Source: Octopus sinensis (Eukaryota). Taken from it: a stretch of DNA of 26,876 bases. Under the pieces are notes generated by a model, which saw nothing but the letters and a program-made list of their open reading frames with translations, was not told the origin of the DNA and searched no databases. The translations under genes were made by a program, and so were the position numbers. The first letter of the stretch is position 1, and the number at the start of each line of letters is the position of its first letter. Where the stretch lies: the NCBI RefSeq assembly GCF_006345805.1, contig NW_021834060.1, positions 1 through 26,876 on the forward strand, written 5' to 3'. This document shows positions 22,470-26,876 of the stretch, piece by piece.

Positions 22470-22992
22470 GCATTTGTCTCATATCGTCTGAGTAATATAA
22501 AGTTTTCCTATCATAAGATCCAAGTTACTTTGATAGTCGAACAAAATAGCAATGTGTATCATATACAATGCAAAGACACCAGACAGAAAAATGCTTTATA
22601 ATATCGCATGTGATACACAGAACAAGCAAAGGGTTAATTATCGAAGAATTGAAAGCAAATATCAAATACTGCTATGAATATGGCCACCATTTTAACAACA
22701 TCAAGAGTTGATAAGTGGTAAATTTAATTGAGTTATAATATAAAATTAAAAATATCTATATTATGAATTCGATCAGAGCGACACTGGTCTGTCGCTTCAA
22801 AGTTATCCAGATCAATTTAAATTATCAAAGAACATAAAACAACCTATAATTACGTGATGGTATATCATAGTAATTAGTTAGTTTCTGGTTTGTCCTTCCA
22901 TTTGAGTTGACAGTTTGTACAAAGAAATGAAAATAATTTGATAGGAACACGCTCGGACACGAACAAAACATACTTCTACGATTACAAGTTGT

Positions 22993-23880
22993 ATGCACAT
23001 ATGCATATATGTGCATACATATATGTATACATACATGCATGCATATATGTATACATACATGCATATATGTATACATACATACATGCATATATGTATACAT
23101 ACATACATGCATATATGTATACATACATACATATATGTATACATACATGCATGCATATATGTATACATACATACATATATGTATACATACATGCATGCAT
23201 ATATGTATACATACATACATATATGTATACATACATGCATGCATATATGTATACATACATACATACATATATGTATACATACATACATGCATATATGTAT
23301 ACATACATGCATGAGTATATGTATACATACATACATGCATATATGTATACATATATACATTCATATATGTATACTTACATACATGCATATATGTATACAT
23401 ACATACATGCATATATGTATACATATATACATATATGTATACATACATACTATATGTACACATACATGCATGCATATATGTATACATACATACATATATG
23501 TATACATACATACATATATGTATACATACATGCATGCATATATGTATACATACATACATGCATATATGTATACATATATACATATATGTATACATACATA
23601 CATATATGTACACATACATGCATGCATATATGTATACATACATGCATATATGTATACATGCATGCATATATGTATACATACATACATGCATATATGTATA
23701 CATATATACATATATGTATACATACATACATATATGTACACATACATGCATGCATATATGTATACATACATGCATATATGTATACATACATACATATATG
23801 TATACATACATACATATATGTATACATACATGCATGTATGTATACATACATACATATATGTATACATGCATGCATATATG
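22993..23880. repeat. Composite 20-24-bp minisatellite of alternating purine/pyrimidine
   Basis: Units such as ATATATGTATACATACATACATGC. Confidence 0.9.
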
Positions 23881-24156
23881 TATGTTTATGTGCGTGTCTG
23901 CATGTATGCGTATATATATATATACTTATATATTTATATCAATTTATATACATTCATGCGCGCACAAGGGTGGTCATATATTTATCACTTTCATATATAC
24001 AAACATACGCATGCGCATGCCCATATACACACACACGCATGCGCATACAGACGTTTGATAGAACAAACAAGATGAACCAAACTTGGTATCTGACTGGTGT
24101 GTATGTATACATACATGCATACACACGTACATACAAATATATATACATACATGTGT

Positions 24157-24191
<35 letters not shown>

Positions 24192-24313
24192 GTTTCAATC
24201 GGTAGAAGTTACGAAAGCGAGTCGAGGTCCGAAATTTTAATGAAAGAATTTTGGGTCGGAAGATCGTTTCTTCTGTATCGGCCAATGTTTTAGAACATAA
24301 AAGCAAACGAAGA

Positions 24314-24316
<3 letters not shown>

Positions 24317-24398
<82 letters not shown>

Positions 24399-24889
24399 TA
24401 TCTATCTATATCTATCTATCTATCTATCTATCTCTATCTATCTATCTATCTATACTATCTATCTATCTACTATCTATCTATCTATCTATCTATCTGGCAC
24501 GAAGCCACCTTGACTATGATTCTATGAACCGTAAAAATTAATACAGAGAGTTGCTTATTTGCAAAAAAAAAAGAAATATAACATGTGACTTCATTGACCG
24601 AGGTTACCGTGGTCTTTTCCGTAGGCTTTTCTTTCCACGGGTAAACCTCACCTGTCCTCCCCTTTACACTTCATATTGACATTTCTGTGATAACGATCCC
24701 TATTGATCAATTCCCCCCCCTTTTTTTTAAAATTTTATCCCCCCCTTTTTTGTCCTCTTTCTTTCCTTTTACGATCCCTTTTGATCGAAAACCAAACCGC
24801 CTTTTTTTTACCCCCAAAGAAAAGCTCTACCTTGTAATTTGTCCTGTCTGTGTGCAGCCCTGTGTGGCTAATAAAGAATCATATCTACA

Positions 24890-24982
<93 letters not shown>

Positions 24983-24987
24983 GTCTG

Positions 24988-25060
<73 letters not shown>

Positions 25061-25080
25061 TTCTTTCTATCTATCTATCT
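24317..25080 (+). mobile_element. (TATC)n tract containing a LINE-3'-end-like insert (about 24496-24880)
   Basis: Longer relative of the 8361-8579 insert, with (TATC)n on both sides. Confidence 0.65.
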
Positions 25081-25401
25081 CCACTTAGTGGTGTCTGGGG
25101 CGTTGTTGGCTCCCAGGTTCAAATATGGCATGGTAACTTCGGGGTTTTCTTCTGGCCTATTCGACTCTTACAAACACATGTGTATTATGTGTGTATATGT
25201 TATGGTTATAAATAGGCGCTGGCGTGGCTGTGTGATAAAGAAGCTCGCTTCCCAACCACATGGTTCCGGGTTCAGTATCAATTCATACTTAACTTGCAAC
25301 TAGGACAAGTGTCTTCTACTATAGCCTTGGGCCGAACAAAGTCTTGTGAGTGGATTTGACATATGGAAACTGCAAGAAGCCCGTCATATACATATACATA
25401 C

Positions 25402-25508
<107 letters not shown>

Positions 25509-25509
25509 C

Positions 25510-25535
<26 letters not shown>

Positions 25536-25540
<5 letters not shown>

Positions 25541-25727
25541 TTTTATAGAAGGAGCTTCTACAGGACTAGAACTGTTTCATTTGAATGAAACAGTTCTAGT
25601 CCTGTAGAAGCTCCTTCTATAAAATAAATTAATTTACTCTGCTATGTATTGAGTACCTTATTTACTGTGGTTAACCCAGACTCAACCCGGGACCTACATA
25701 TATATATATATGTGTGTGTGTGTGTAT

Positions 25728-25769
<42 letters not shown>

Positions 25770-25925
25770 TTTATAGAAGGAGCTTCTACAGGACTAGAAC
25801 TGTTTCATTTGAATGAAACAGTTCTAGTCCTGTAGAAGCTCCTTCTATAAAATAAATTAATTTACTCTGCTATGTATTGAGTACCTTATTTACTGTGGTT
25901 AACCCAGACTCAACCCGGGACCTAC

Positions 25926-25926
<1 letters not shown>
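25536..25926. repeat. Two tandem 228-bp-period units, each starting with a perfect 94-bp palindrome
   Basis: 46-bp arms with a 2-nt spacer at 25536-25629 and 25764-25857. Confidence 0.92.
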
Positions 25927-25974
<48 letters not shown>

Positions 25975-26011
25975 CACATATATATATGCACACATACATA
26001 TATGTACATAT

Positions 26012-26070
<59 letters not shown>

Positions 26071-26073
<3 letters not shown>

Positions 26074-26450
26074 TTGCGTCTGAAATTAATTAGCACTTCT
26101 CAAATTTCTACATTAAATAGGTTAAATCAATTAACCTATGAGCTGTTCAAAACGTCTTACGCGATGAGAAAACTTAGTATGGTGTGATTTTGGTCCTTGC
26201 GAGGCGCTACCTATATCTATTAAACAAAGGAAGATTTGTCTGCATCCGCACTCCAAGTTGTTGTTGCACTGCTATGTCAACATCATAAGGCTGTAAACTC
26301 TCAAACTGCTCTGCAAACAAAGTTACGTCATCGTTCTGCGCAACAGTGAACTCGCAACAAAGCAATAGTTCGAGATATGGCCACTAGGTGACAGCACATA
26401 CCTTGAGTGAAGAGCAAATCAAGGGTGCTAATTAATTTCTGACGGTAGTG
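26071..26450. mobile_element. Tc1/mariner-type MITE
   Basis: 26-bp TIRs CACTTGCGTCTGAAATTAATTAGCAC / GTGCTAATTAATTTCTGACGGTAGTG with three mismatches, followed by TA. Confidence 0.78.
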
Positions 26451-26876
26451 TATATGTATATGTCTATGTGTGTGCGTCTTTGTGTCTGTGTTTGTCTCCC
26501 ATCACGGCTTGGCAGCCGGCGTTGGTGTGTTTATGTCCCCGTAACCTAGCAGTTCAACAAAAGATACCGACAGAATAAGTACTAGGCTTAAAAAACAAGT
26601 CTTGGAGGGTGGGGCTGGAGGTCGATCTGTTCAGCTAAAACCTCTTTAAGGTGGTGCTCCAGCGTGGCCGCAGTCAAACGACGGAAACAAGTAGAAGGAA
26701 AAGAAAAGAATATGCTTCTACAAAATACAAAATATTTGAATAATTACTTTTAATTAATTCCTAATTATATTTGAGTCTAAAGATATAAGGGACCACCCGA
26801 GTAGAGTAGGTGTCGCTGGGGTCGATAGTTAAAAATGGATGAGAGTCACTGCTTGGGACATTAAGATTTTGCTTTG

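Noticed and set aside
22825-24293. 451-aa and 348-aa His/Tyr/Cys-rich ORFs
   Set aside because: Open in several frames on both strands because of the RY minisatellite.

Overview
AT-rich eukaryotic non-coding DNA. The SINE families and microsatellite load resemble an octopus (coleoid cephalopod) genome; this is recalled, not verified. It is probably intronic or intergenic. No intact protein-coding gene is supported, and the supplied ORFs are almost all translations of microsatellites or SINEs. The window holds about 20 copies or fragments of three to four tRNA-derived SINE families, two non-autonomous Helitrons, several MITEs and Penelope-like fragments, one with a hammerhead-ribozyme-like motif. 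It also holds a 2.5-kb 41-bp satellite and long (TATG)n/(TATC)n tracts. Removing younger insertions reveals two fossil DNA-transposase ORFs (3110-4373 and about 16505-17990) and several nested insertions. One 61-bp candidate exon lies on the minus strand (5002-5062). I found no convincing new multi-gene system; the most interesting signals concern repeat evolution and RNA structure.
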